From NCBI GenBank assembly GCA_951406725.2, contig OX597833.1, forward strand, positions 11,966,001-12,030,000: DNA of 64,000 nt, in the 5' to 3' direction. The notes beneath the pieces were generated by a model that was not told the DNA's origin, made no database searches, and saw only the letters and a program-made list of their open reading frames with translations. Source of the stretch: Octopus vulgaris (lineage: Eukaryota). The position numbers and the translations under genes are program-made. This document shows positions 13,195-26,274 of the stretch, in pieces (the first letter of the stretch is position 1; each line of letters begins with the position of its first letter).

Positions 13195-13570
13195 TTATCG
13201 TTAAGCTAACATGGAAGTCCAGGAAAATAGGATGAATGCTGCTGTTGATTAGCTCCAAGAGGCCATCGCCTCTAGCTAGCTATGTGACACACAAACCTGT
13301 GTCCATTACAACCTTCGAACAGGGGAGGTCAGTAGCGACACCTACTGGATTCAGCTACTCCACATTGATAAGGGGCAATCACCTCGAGACTAGTCTGTAA
13401 ATTTGTAAGGCCAGCAAGGGGAAGCTGATGACCTCCCCTGTTCGAAGGTTGTAATGGAAACAGGTTTGTGTGTCACATAGTTAGGTAGAGGCAATGGCCT
13501 CTTGGAGCTAATCAACGGGCAGCATTCGTCCTATTTTCCTGGATGGCCTTGTTAGCTTGGTGATAGCTAT
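13195..13570. mobile_element. Inverted-repeat PLE-like remnant
   Basis: Arms ~13219-13331 and ~13428-13541; spacer holds a hammerhead-like fold. Confidence 0.6.
13362..13398 (+). ncRNA. Minimal hammerhead-like motif, U3:A8 variant
   Basis: ACA TTGATAA GGGG-CAATCA-CCTC GAGA CTAG TC TGT; palindromic loop III CTAG; GAAA altered to GAGA. Confidence 0.55.
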
Positions 13571-13708
13571 TAATATCCAGTACTACTGCCGTAGTCTCTT
13601 TAGAGAGATATAGAAATATTAATGTTTATATGTACATGTATATATACGCATATAAGTATACATTTATAAATGTCTATATATGCATATAAATATACATACA
13701 CACACACA

Positions 13709-13766
<58 letters not shown>

Positions 13767-13834
13767 TATATGAATGCATATATATATATGCATGTATATA
13801 TATGCATATAAATATTTTCATATATAATGATAGG

Positions 13835-14085
13835 GTTTTTGTAAGGATGTGGGCAGTACTTGTTACCACAATCTTTCGGATTTCTCCGAGACATGATTCT
13901 CCTGGGACATTATCCAGATTTTTTTACATCACTTTCTTATGATACCTAGGGCACCTACAATAACAGGAACAGTTCTCGCTTTAAGAAGCTACGCTTTTTG
14001 TCTTTCAATTTCCAGGTTCTTATATTTACTTAATTTGCCAAATTCCTTACTGATATATTTTTATCAATGAGAACGCTTACATCGG
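13835..14085 (-). mobile_element. R4/Dong-like non-LTR retrotransposon relic (restriction-like endonuclease C-terminus)
   Basis: Translates KLSKYKNLEIE...VPVIVGALG...[14 protein letters not shown]. Confidence 0.7.
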
Positions 14086-14829
14086 TGCTTCTTTGGAAGC
14101 GCACCTCTCCATGAAAATGACGCCTAATTTCTAAAAAATATTAAAATGGGAAATATATCCAAATTTAATGAAGCATGCTAAAAATTAGGAGGATTCATCA
14201 ATTTTTAAATATTTTATGCTAAAAAATAAAATACGGATATCAATATCATTATAAAATAATCCTTATCTTATTTTATTCTATATCTTTATTTACATTTCTT
14301 TTATACTTTTTATATCATTCTGTAAAAGATATTTTATAAATTTTTATATTTTTTACTATTACATTTTTATGCATTTATTTACCTTTTTATACATTTAAGT
14401 AGCTTTTGTGTCTTATGACTGGTTTGGCAGTTTATAATTTATTTTCATAAAACTTACTGTATAATATAATATTATATTTTTACATTTGTAATTACACATT
14501 ATATTTTATAAATTCTTATATTCTATATTTGATATTTTTATACATTTATATATCCTTTTATATATTTTCATAGTGTTTATAATTTATAAAAAATTTTTGA
14601 CAATTTATAAGTTTTTTTTATATAGTTCACTGGATATGTGAATGCTTATTTTATTATACTTTTTATACTTTATTATACTTATTTTATTATACTTTTTAAT
14701 CATGCAGTATATTCATTAAGTGTTTATATACCCGAATGTACCCGAACGTTACCGCATATATTGGATACCGTTTCTTACGATATCTTATATTTATCCATCC
14801 GTAATGAAGCGAAAGTTTCTTATATTAGT

Positions 14830-15309
14830 ACGTTTATATATATTTGTTGTGCAAGATTTTCTATGTGAAGTCGTGTGTTGAGACAGATATTGTTATATTT
14901 CGGAATGGTCATTTTGCCAGTTTAGCCAATAAAAACACACGTACTATATATTTGGTGTTATTTATTTTTTACATTAATCTTAATCTTATTTCGGCCAGAG
15001 TTCTTTCGTCACACTCCTGTGACCGCATCAGTGGTCCTTTGTTTTCTTCTTTCTTATTTGTGTCTCTCCTTACTAACCGTCAGCCATTTTGTATTTCTGA
15101 CGGTTAGTAAGGAGAGACACAAATAAGAAAGAAGAAAACAAAGGACCACTGATGCGGTCACAGGAGTGTGACGAAAGAACTCTGGCCGAAATAAGATTAA
15201 GATTAATGTAAAAAATAAATAACACCGAAGCAAAATAACACCAAATATATAGTGCGTATGTTTTTATTGGCTAAACTGGCAAAATGACCATTCCGAAATA
15301 TAACAATAT
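14830..15309. mobile_element. Palindromic PLE-like remnant
   Basis: Arms ~14887-15083 and ~15097-15309; same family at 52714-52930. Confidence 0.7.
15146..15185 (+). ncRNA. Hammerhead-like motif with A9C core (mirror on minus at 14995-15034)
   Basis: CCA CTGATGC G GTCAC-AGGAGT-GTGAC GAAA GAAC TC TGG. Confidence 0.6.
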
Positions 15310-15978
15310 TTCTTATATTAGTTTAACGTATACTATAAGTTTCAATTCATACGATAAATTAATTCCGTTATACATTCATTATAGAATATCTTTACCATGA
15401 TTTTCTTTATACTGTGTTTAAGAAATGTCTTAATATTTTTTCTTAGATATTAAAGTATCCTATTATTACGTTTTTGATTTAATTTCTAACCTTTTTCTAT
15501 ATACTTGTTTAAATTTTCTCGCTTTAACATTACAAATTTGCTAAGTTATAATATACAACCTCTCTTATTCCCTGATTCTAAATTCCACCCCTAAATTTTA
15601 TATTACTTATCCCTTTGGTTTTTCATTATATTCCCCTTTAATATGATAAATAAATTAATAAAATGTCGGCAATTTTCCCGACACGGGTATACTTGTTTTG
15701 AACATATTCTTCCACTACTGTGATGTGTGGTAAAGAGAGTGTATATGTTTGTGAATTCAGAAGTAGTGGAAATATATTGGTTTCAGATTTTGGCACAAGG
15801 CCGCCAATTACGAGAGAGGTAGTAAGTCGATTACACCTACCCCAGTGTTCAACTGGTGCCTATTTTATCAAACACCAGAAAGATAACAGACAAATTCGAC
15901 AGCAGCGGAACATGAACTCAGAAAGCAAAGAAGGGCCAAGTGTTGTTAAACATTTCGGCATGCATGCTAACGATTCTT

Positions 15979-16576
15979 ATTTCTTATTGCCCACAAGGAG
16001 CTAAACACAGAGGGGACAAACAAGGACAGACAAAGGGATTAAGTCGATTATATCGACCCCAGTGCGTAACTGGTACTTAATTTATCGACCCCGAAAGGAT
16101 GAAAGGCAAAGTTGGCCTCGGCGGAATTTGAACTCAGAACGTAACAGTAGATGAGATACCTATTTCTTTACTACCCACAAGGGGCTAAATACAGAGGGGA
16201 CAAACAAGGACAGACAAACGGATTAAGTCGATTATATCGACCCCAGTGCGTAACTGGTACTTAATTTATCGGCCCCGAAAGAATAAAAGGCAAAGTTGGC
16301 CTCGGCGGAATTTGAACTCAGAACGTAACAGTAGATGAGAAATCTATTTCTTTACTACCCACAAGAGGCTAAATACAGAGGGGACAAACAAGGACAGACA
16401 AACGGATTAAGTCGATTATATCGACCCCAGTGCGTAACTGGTACTTAATTTATCGACCCCAAAAGGATGAAAGGCAAAGTTGGCCTCGGCGGAATTTGAA
16501 CTCAGAACGTAACGGCAGACGAAATACGGCTACGCATTTCCCCCGGCGTGCTAACGCTTCTGCCAGCTCTCCGCCC
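15979..16576 (-). mobile_element. SINE family B: one head plus three tandem ~183-bp body units
   Basis: Units begin near 15979, 16161, 16345; B box gagttcaaattcc in each; older diverged copy at ~15780-15975. Confidence 0.88.
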
Positions 16577-17680
16577 CACATGTAGAAAGATTAAAAGTAC
16601 TTGTGTTTGATACTTCTAATATATTTCTGAATCAAAGATCACTGGTTATTTCAGATTTACCAAAACAAGGGTGTTTAAATTTGTTTGTTTGTTTCTTTCT
16701 TTCTTTTTATGAATATGTGCATACACACATATATTAAGTGCTTATATATACATATATACTCAAATTCACTATTGTTTGTTGACTATAGGACTGATCATAA
16801 ATTGTGGGGAAAATAAACACAGTTCCACTTAGTAAATAATACATCTTAATAAAAGGATGAGGTCAACTGGTTTTCATTCGCATCAAACCGGTCTAAGCTT
16901 CTAATAAATACTTGTTTTTGAAGAAAAGGGAAACGGGAGCGGCTGCCTTCGTGGGCGTTTGGCGTTGTAAACAACAGAAAATAAAAAACTCGGTTAGTGG
17001 CTATTTTTTTATTTCTTGATTCCCTGTAGTTTAAGGATTTTTTTTGTATTATTCCAGCATGTGAATCAATTTCTTTAAAAAATTTCACATGGTTGTTTTG
17101 ACATGCATTTGAGTTCGCGTTCTCATGAGTTCACGTTCTGACTATGGCAGAAGTTATTTTTTTGAAATTAGAGAATTTTGGGAATGAAATATGATTAATC
17201 TGAAATAAACTGAAATAAACGGCGGTGCCCCAGAATGGCCACAGCTTGTGAGCTGAAACTAGATAAAAAATAAATAAATAAATAAATAAATAAATAAAAA
17301 ACTATCCTCTTTATAAATGTAGATTATACTCTTCATAAATGTTATTCAGAGAGATTATAATTAATTGGAGATTTCATTCCTGACATTAATGTGTAATAAT
17401 TCTACCGAAAGATAATTAGAAAATTAAAAGTTCACACGCGTAAAAAATTAAAATACTACCAAAACACAGTTTAAAACATAATCATATTATGAATATTCCT
17501 AAGATTGAATTGAACTCGAAAAGCTAAAACTGAAGTAAAATTTTTAAAAAAATTTTAATTGATTCGTTAGATTTGTGGTTTAAATGTATATTTGCAAAAA
17601 CTTAAAAAGACGAGCGAAAATAGTTAGAGTGGGATAAGAAAATAATATCAAGAGAAATATTAAATACAACGTTCACTTTT

Positions 17681-18015
17681 CTATCGTTGGGCTCCCACCC
17701 GGTTCTCGAAGTCAAGGCCATTTCCCCAAGCATATCGATCCATAATCGCCATCTTCAGACCGTGGATAGAATCCGATGCTGTCCCCTCCTTCAGGTTGTC
17801 GATACATGTTAAACGAGGTCCCTCACGTTTGTCGGTAACGTGCCGTGTTTTCCAGAGCACAAGTTTTGATGCTTCGTCTTCCTGGTGCTGCACACAATGA
17901 CTTAATACGCGCAAACGTCGTTCTTTAAGCTTGTTTTTCACTTTTGAAAGGCTTCCATAGAGACGCTCATTGGTCTTGTGCCACCGCCATTCAGGGCTAT
18001 TCGTAGTATTCGAAT
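17681..18015 (-). mobile_element. RTE-like LINE 3' relic
   Basis: KLKERRLRVLSHC...SKLVLWK...GPRLTCIDNLKE...MDRYAW. Confidence 0.7.
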
Positions 18016-18019
18016 ATAT

Positions 18020-18249
18020 CTCTTTTACTCTTTTACTCTTTTACACTTTTACTTGGTTCAGTCATGTGACTGTGGCCATGCTGGAGCACCGCCTTTAGTC
18101 GAGCAAATCGACCCCAGGACTTATTCTTTGTAAGCCTAGTATTTATTTTATCGGTCTCTTTTCTGACGAACCGCTAAGTTACCGGGACGTAAACACACCA
18201 GCATCGGTTGTCAAGCGATGTTGGGGGGACAAACACAGACACACAAATA

Positions 18250-18293
<44 letters not shown>

Positions 18294-18502
18294 CGCCATG
18301 TTGATTCGCTAGATTCTGCACGCATTTTTTTTCTCTCCTTGTTTCTTTCCGTGTTTCTTTTCTGTGTATCTTTCTGTTGAAGAGCGTAGGCTCGAAACGT
18401 AAAAGACTTGTTTTATTTATATTCCTGAGCGCCATACTAATACAATTGTTTGTTTGTATTACACCTGCCTTCGTCTTTTGTTTATTTTCATAAAGCTTCC
18501 CG

Positions 18503-18567
<65 letters not shown>

Positions 18568-18730
18568 TACAACGGGCTTCTTTCAGCTTCCGTCTACCAA
18601 ATCTACTCACAAGGCTTTGGTCGACCCGAGGCTATAGTAGAAGACACTTGCCCAAGGTTCCACGCAGTGGGACTGAACCCGGAACCATGTGGTTCGTAAG
18701 CAAGCTACTTACCACACAGCCACTCCTACG
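18020..18730 (-). mobile_element. SINE family A with a PLE-like remnant (18290-18503) inside its (TA)n tract
   Basis: SINE halves flank the insert; insert bounded by TA runs. Confidence 0.85.
18369..18406 (+). ncRNA. Minimal hammerhead-like motif with A6U core
   Basis: TCTTT CTGTTGA A GAGC-GTAG-GCTC GAAA CG TA AAAGA. Confidence 0.55.
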
Positions 18731-19091
18731 CAAAAAATTAGAAAAACCTACCTTTTATCAATTCAAAATGAACAATTAAATTACACCATCTAGAATTGTT
18801 ACTCTACAATTTATATACGTTATTATTATTATTATTATTATTATTTTGCAATTTACTTAATCTTTGACATTTTATTGTTATTTTAATGCTAATATTTCTA
18901 TTATATGTAATTTTGTAGATGGTGTAATTTAATTGTTCATTTTGAATTGATAAAAGGTGGGTTTTTTTCTAATTTTTTTATATATATATTATATCGTGTG
19001 AAATTTGATTTAGTATTTCTAAATTGAATTCTTTTCCTTGTAAGTTTTGGATTTTATTCCCTCAAATATTAATAATTTATAAATATATATA

Positions 19092-20718
19092 CAGTTGCGG
19101 ACAAAATGTTCAGAACGGCATTGTTTTCGTCAGAAAAGTAAGTATAAATTTTTATCAAAGTAGTTTTATATTCTATAATTTTTACAGACAATAAATACAA
19201 TATTAATTGTTATTGTCTGAGATTTTGGTGTAATTTGAGAGGATAATACAAAAGTTATGGATGATTTAGTGATTTACTGCAAAACCCATGGCGGCTAAAA
19301 TGATCAGAAGGGTTGAAAAAATAACAAAATAATCAAAAATGACAGAGAATACTGGAATTATTTAATATTCAATGTGAAGCCCTTTAGCTTCAATCACACT
19401 TTGACATCTTCGACTGCATGAGGAAATTAAATTTTCAATTTCTTGCTGGGTGATCTTATTCCATTCTTTCTGAAGGGCATTCCATAATTGCTCAGTTGTT
19501 TTAGGATTTCTGGCTTTCGAACGTTCTCCTAGAATATTCCATACATTTTCAATAGCATTGAGATCTGGGCTTTGAGCAGGCCAATCCATAACAATAACCT
19601 TTTCAGCCTTAAGGAAGTTCATGACCACTTTAGCCTTGTGACATGGGGTATTGTCCTGCATGAATATGGGTGGTCGCTTAGTTGAATTTCTCATCACAGG
19701 CAAGACATGATCTTTTACAAGTTGTTTATAAACTCCTGCATTTACCTTTCCATGTAATCGTACCAAAGGGCCCTCACCATCTCCAGATATCATCCCCCAA
19801 ACCATGACACTTCCTCCACCGAATTTAACACTAGTCTTAAGGCATTTAGGCGACAATTTTTCACCTACTTTTCTACGAACGTACCTTTTCCCATCTGAGC
19901 CAAATAACGTAAACTTAGATTCATCACTGAGATGCACCGTTTGCCATTTTTCTTGAGACCACAACACATGTTTGGTTGCAAAGGTAAGACGACACTTTTT
20001 ATTTTTGGAGCTGATCAGTGGCTTCACTGCAGGTGCTCTTGCTTGTAGGTCATGTTCAACTAAACGACGAGACACAGTTTTTCGAGATAGTTTTCTTCAA
20101 TACAATGCTCATTTTCCGAGAAACAGCAGCAGCAGTTTTAAATCTGTCCTTTTTAACCAACTTTACCATAGCACGATCTTCTCTCTTGGTCGTTTTTCTT
20201 GGCCTACCTGTAGACTTTCTTGCTTCGCACGAACCACAATCATCGTAGACCTTAAGAATACCGTGTACAACACTTTTTGACTTGTTAACAATCTTTGCAA
20301 TAGATCCAATACTTAAATTATCCTTCCTTCGAAGCTTAATAATCTGCTGACGAATTGGTAACGGAGTAAGTGGCATTATATTAACAAAGTACACTGCAAA
20401 TATTCTTACTAATGTTTAGTAAACGAACCGTCACGTAAACAAATTCAAAACATTAGAGTTCGCCGGTAAAATATACTAAAACACGGAGTAAAAGCAACCG
20501 TTCTGATCATTTTGGCCGCCATGGGTTTTGCAGTAAATCACTAAATCATCCATAACTTTTGTATTATCCGCTCAAATTACACCAAAATCTCAGGCAATAA
20601 CAAATAATATCGTATTTATTGTCTGTGAAAATTATAGAATATAAAACAACTTTGCTAAAAAATTATATCTACTTTTCTGACGAAAACAATGCCGTTCTGA
20701 ACATTTTGGCCGCCACTG
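19092..20718 (-). mobile_element. Tc1-family DNA transposon, IR/DR type, near full length
   Basis: TA|CAGT...ACTG|TA; ~225-bp TIRs, each with outer and inner direct repeats. Confidence 0.95.
19362..20376 (-). pseudogene. Tc1 DD34E transposase with one frameshift
   Basis: HTH N-terminus with GRPRK (20376-~20080), then SDES, QDNTPCH, 34 aa, SPDLNAIEN; single frame change near 20080-20100. Confidence 0.92.
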
Positions 20719-21020
20719 TATATATATATTGTGTTACATGCAAAATTAAGAGGAATGACCACTAAAGTGGACACCCTAGATGCTAAACATAGACGTCAAA
20801 TCACCATTACCACGAAGAATGTGTTCTCAAGAAAAAAAATCTCAGCAGAGTAAGGATTAATAATTTGTTTTTGTTGCATTAGTTTTATTTAGTTGCATAC
20901 TCTGAGTTTCACTAAGACAAACGGACTTTCTGTACAAACCATGCTTCTTACAAAGTGTGAATGATGCAAGGACAGTTGCAGCTGTGCTTGTATTTTTATC
21001 TATCTTATACAAAAATATCA

Positions 21021-21545
21021 CACGGGATTCAAGCCTCTTCTCCTTATCTCCTCAAAGACGTACAGCATCTCGAAAGAGTCCAGAAACTGGCTACCCGCAT
21101 GGTTCTTGGTCTCAAGCATTTGTCTTATGAAGAAAGGCTGAAGACGCTCGACCTTTATTCTCTAGGAAAACGACGACGCCGTGGTGATCTCATTCTTGCT
21201 CACAACATCATAAGCGGAAAGTGTAACCTCTCGAAAGAGCTGTTCTTCACTCCTCCTCCAGAGCGTCGGCTGCGGGGGTCACTCCGAAAAGCTCTATCTG
21301 CGACGATTTCATCTCAATCGAAGGAGAGGGGCTTTCTCCGTCCGGGTTGCGGATCCGTGGAATAAACTGCCGGACGAGATAGTGAAGATGCCGACGACCG
21401 CTTGGTTCAAGGTCTCTTTTGACCAGAAATGGCCTGAATACTTTACATGAACACCACCCTGTATATAACTCCATGTCCCCCGACATGGCCTTGCTTTTTG
21501 CTTTTTGAGCCAAAAAATTAACTAACTAACTAACTAACTAACTAA
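21021..21545 (+). mobile_element. CR1-clade LINE 3' fragment
   Basis: SPYLLKDVQHLERVQKLATRMV...YEERLKTLDLYSL...RRGDLI; (taac)n tail. Confidence 0.88.
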
Positions 21546-22153
21546 ATCTTGTACGGTGACAATACGGTCACCAAAGTGATGAAATACTTAAAATATCAGT
21601 GATGACTGACAAATTCTTGAATTTACTTCTTTTATGCACTCTTCTACGAGATAACTAGGCACTATTGCTATCTTGAGAAAAAATCTATAAGGAATCATTA
21701 TAGAATAAATAAATAAAGTGCTCGGTTATAACTCAACTATTGCATAAGTATGTTTCAAGTCCCTTTTGTGCTAGACTTTTAGTTAAAGTTACGTTATACG
21801 GACATAAACAACACAGAAATTTGACACTTTGACACGCAATACAGAACAATACATACATAATAAAATTACAAAAAAAAGGCCAAATATCATACTTTTACAT
21901 TTAAGTATTATTTAGTTGAAAAGAATTCTCATATGTACAGCTATCATAAAATTTTATTCCCAGATAAATGTCAGTATTATTTCACGTAGAATGTAAAAAA
22001 AATATATAAAATTTCACATATATTTAAAAAAAATCTCATTGCTGGTTTCTATGTATATAAAATTATGTGGGAATGTACGTGTTTCCGGGTAAGTGTGTTT
22101 ATGCTTCATATTAGTATGCATAAGCGGGTGCATCCAATTAATTTCAAGGCATT

Positions 22154-22193
<40 letters not shown>

Positions 22194-22551
22194 TTGTGTC
22201 TGCGTGTGTGTGTGTAAGTCTGCGTGTGTACGCGCACGTAAATATGTGTATAAACATATTTATTTATGTATTTATATATAGGTGAGTACGTGCTTGTGAG
22301 TAATTTGCAGATATGTACGTATAGTTTCGATTCCACTTCATGGTACACCGGCAAGTGCCTTCCACAATCGCCTCGAAATAGCAATATTTTGTGAAGGAAA
22401 TTCGATATGCGGTAAAATATACATACATACATACATACATACATAATACATACGTACAAACATGTATACATACATACAAACAAATACATATACATATGTA
22501 TGTATATATTTACAAACACACACAAAACCCCGCACGCACACACATGCATAC

Positions 22552-22591
<40 letters not shown>

Positions 22592-23164
22592 ATATAAAAG
22601 ATTCTGTCTGTTTGTCCCACAAAGTGAAACTAAAACCAGACACCATTCCTCTATGATTTTCTTTCTATGTCTCATCTGTTCTCCCTCCACCTCTATATTC
22701 TCTGTCTGTCTCTCTGCTATGCTACTTCAAAGAAATTCTGTCTCTATTAGTTTCACAAAGTGAAACTAAAACTCTGCCATGCTACTTCAAAGACATTCTC
22801 TCTCTCTCTCTCTCTGTTTGTTCCGCAAAGTGAAACTAAACCCAGACACCATCTCTCTATGACTTTCTTTCTTCTCTATGTGTCTATTTTCTCTCTCTTT
22901 CTTTCTCTCTCTCTTTCTCTCTCCCCTCCTTCTGCCACTACCTTATAGAGGGGATCTTATCACTCTGTTCACTGAAATGTTGAGAGAAATTTCTAATAAG
23001 GATGAACTGACCTCGTACATAAATGATAACCTTCCCAAGCTTCTACCTGATCAAAGTATTAACAATAACACAGGAGAACTTTATTTCTTAGATGCTCCAG
23101 AAGGTACTAAAGTTCGTCAAGAAAATAAAATAGCTACTACTACTTCTGGCATTGCAACAACATT

Positions 23165-23547
23165 GGAAGCACTCCGTCGGTTACGACGACGAGGGTTCCG
23201 GTTGATCCGAATCAACGGAACAGCCTGCTCGTGAAATTAACGTGTAAGTGGCTGAGCACTCCACAGACACGTGCACCCTTAACGTAGTTCTCGGGGATAT
23301 TCAGCGTGACACAGAGAGTGACAAGGCCGGCCCCTTGAAATACAGGTACAACAGAAATAGGAAGTAAGAGTGAGAGAAAGTTGTGGTGAAAGAGTACAGC
23401 AAGGATCACCACCATCCCCTGCCGGAGCCTCGTGGAGCTTTTAGGTGTTTTCGCTCAATAAACACTCACACTGCCCGGTCTGGGAATCGAAACCGCGATC
23501 CTATGACCGCGAGTCCGCTGCCCTAACCACTGGGCCATTGCGCCTCC
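23165..23547 (-). mobile_element. SINE family C (tRNA-derived) with 11-bp TSD
   Basis: Head tggcccagtggttagg...gtttcgattccc; TSD gcaacaacatt at 23154-23164 and 23548-23558. Confidence 0.9.
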
Positions 23548-23634
23548 GCAACAACATTACTACCCGGAGGTCAGACTACCCATTCAACATTCAAGTTACC
23601 TTTAGATTTATCTAACAAACAAGATCAAGTTTGT

Positions 23635-23932
23635 TGTGTCTGGGGAGAGTCATTTTCTTTTTGTGCCTTATAATGTAACACACTCACCGGTAAAATTCCC
23701 ACTTGTTAATTTAACTATATTTTTATTTTCCTAAAGAGTCAAGACTATTGAAAAAGTTGCAAGACGCAACGAAAATTTTAGGAAAATAAAAATATGAAAT
23801 AAATGGGAATTTTACCGGTGAGTGTGTTACATTATAAGACACAAAAAGAAAATGACTCTCCCCAGACACAACAGAATATGTTTCGACACACGAACTCATA
23901 TAAAGAATCTTGCAAGCTAAATCCAAAAACGA
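23635..23932 (+). mobile_element. Inverted-repeat PLE-like insertion with 14-bp TSD
   Basis: TSD aagatcaagtttgt at 23621-23634 and 23933-23946; inverted arms; related fragment at 13062-13140. Confidence 0.75.
23745..23781 (+). ncRNA. Minimal hammerhead-like motif, U3:A8 variant
   Basis: CTA TTGAAAA A GTTGC-AAGAC-GCAAC GAAA AT TT TAG. Confidence 0.6.
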
Positions 23933-24137
23933 AAGATCAAGTTTGTAATATATCTAAAAATTCTGCAATGGGTGAACTGATACAGTTTTTTTTTCGTTGT
24001 CCCGGACAAATGTACCATGGCCTACAAAAAAGCTTTTGAAGCTATTGAAAGAACATTACGAGACTTTAGAAATTGTAATTCCATGAAAGGAAATGTGACA
24101 GTATTATTGTCAGGAAACTTCCGACAAACACTACCAG

Positions 24138-24300
24138 AGGCGCAGGAGTGGCTGTGTGGTAAGTAGCTTGCTTACCAATCACATGGTTCTGGGTTCAGTC
24201 CCACTGTGTGGCACCTTGGGCAAGTGTCTTCTACTATAGCCCCGGGCCGACCAAAGCCTTGTGAGTGGATTTGGTAGACGGAAACTGAAAGAAGCCCATC

Positions 24301-24366
<66 letters not shown>

Positions 24367-24721
24367 TACACACATGTGAGTGAGAACACTTTGAGATATT
24401 TTTGGTATCTAACATATGTCAGATACTGCGAGCGCTGCTTCTGATTGGTCAATCCATGGTGATGACCCGAGGTCACGGTGATGGCACTACTTTTGTCATT
24501 CATAAGTTACAACTAAACGTGAAGAATTTAGTTATTGGGTTAATAAAATATGGTCGTTTATTCGTGTGTAATAAATAAAATACCAAACTCATTCCCCATG
24601 GATACCGTATTTATTACAACGAGTGGCTTGTAAACGTATCTAACTCGCTTTCGCTCGTTAGATACATTTACAAGCCACTCGTTGTAATAAATACGGTATC
24701 CATGGGGAATGAGTTTGGTAT

Positions 24722-24788
<67 letters not shown>

Positions 24789-25003
24789 GTGTGTATATGT
24801 TTGTGTGTCTGTGTTTGTCCCCCCACCCCAAACATCACTTGACAACCGATGCTGGTGTGTTTACGTTCCCGTAACTTAGCGGTTCGGCTAAAGAGACCGA
24901 TAGAATAAGTACTAGGTTCACAAAGAATAAGTCCCTAAAGGCGGTGCTCCAGCATGGCCGTAGTCAAACGACTGAAACAAGTAAAAGAATAAAAGAATAA
25001 AAG
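24138..25003 (+). mobile_element. SINE family A with a nested foldback element
   Basis: Head 24138-24301, tail 24790-25003. Confidence 0.88.
24361..24722. mobile_element. Non-autonomous foldback element with ~65-bp-arm hairpin (24579-24722)
   Basis: Near-perfect inverted repeat around tcgctttcgctc; second short IR atttattacac/gtgtaataaat. Confidence 0.6.
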
Positions 25004-25865
25004 TTGTTCCACGAGGAACAAAAGTGGACGAGCTCAATGCTTCAATAAAGTCTTCTGTATTTTGGCATCATGTGAAAACACTTCAACTTTCAACAAATAT
25101 AAGATCGAGGCTTTCAAGACATCAATCAGCTGAACCTTTTGCAGAGCAGCTTTTGAAACTCGGTGAAGAGAGAGTTCCTATTGATGATGAACAGTTTCTT
25201 ACACTCAATCCAATATGTAATTCAACTGACCCCGTCGATGATTTGATGTATGAAACATTTCCTAATCTTCTTCATAACTACAACAGTACAAATTACATCG
25301 GTGACAGAGCTATCCTGGCTCCAAATAATGTTCCTCTACATACCAGTAATAATATGCAATTGAATAAACTTCTACAACCCTTCACTTGTATACTCAATTG
25401 ACAGTATTCTGATGATCAGGATTAGTGTCAGCTATCCCATCGAATTCTTTTACTCACTACAACCACCAGGTACAGTTCCTCGTTGTCTTCAGTGGTTAAA
25501 AGGGACTCCTATTATGCTATTACATATTTTATCTCAACCAGAATTATGCAATGGTGCAAGATTAATTGTGCACAAATTTCATTGACCCAAACATTCTCAA
25601 AATGTTTCTAAGTCTGGCATAATAATCTCAAGTCACTCTATTTTTATTCACAGTACTTTCGTAAGGTATGTTTTGAACAATGCCTTGGTATTTGTAGCAT
25701 TCTTTGTTTGAAACAGGAGAAATAGTGTGACCATTGATATACAAGTTTTGGGTACGTGGGATTGATTTTTCTCCGTTCAGCAATCAAATACAAGCATTTC
25801 TTTTGGCCAAATTCCATTCCTATGTCAACTGAAAACTCTTGTTATCAATTTCAGTCGTTTTATTA

Positions 25866-26089
25866 CATTACTCTTTTACTCTTTTACTTGTTTCAGTCAT
25901 TTGACTGCGGCCATGCTGGAGCACCGCCTTCAATCGAGCAACTCGACCTCGGGACTTATTCTTTTTTGTAAACCCAGTACTTATTCTATCGGTCTCTTTT
26001 GCCGAACCGCTAAGTGACGGGGACATAAACACACCAGCAGCGGTTGTCAAGCAATGCTAGGAGGACAAATACAGTCACACAAACATACA

Positions 26090-26124
<35 letters not shown>

Positions 26125-26270
26125 GACGGGCTTCTTTCAGTTTCCGTCTACCAAATCCACTCACAAGGCTTTGGTCGGCCCGAGGCTATAGTAGAAAACA
26201 CTTGCCCAAGGTGCCACGCAGTGGGACTGAACCCGGAACCATGTGGTTCGTAATCAAGCTACTTACCACA
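25866..26270 (-). mobile_element. SINE family A
   Basis: Family consensus. Confidence 0.9.
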
Positions 26271-26274
26271 AATC

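Larger units (their letters stand above)
22960..25580 (+). pseudogene. Helitron Pif1-like helicase relic interrupted by nested insertions
   Basis: FLDAP.GT, SGIATTLLPGGQTTHSTFKLP, GNFRQTLPVVPRG, RAILAP, LCNGARL, collinear after removing inserts. Confidence 0.88.

Noticed and set aside
16843-16895. Decayed hammerhead CTTA...GATG/CATC AAACCGGTC TAAG
   Set aside because: Stems fit but G5 and G12 are missing; cannot be called
23470-23547. Genuine tRNA gene (also other SINE heads and 48400-48465)
   Set aside because: Fused to SINE bodies, bracketed by a TSD in this case, and the cloverleaf is degenerate
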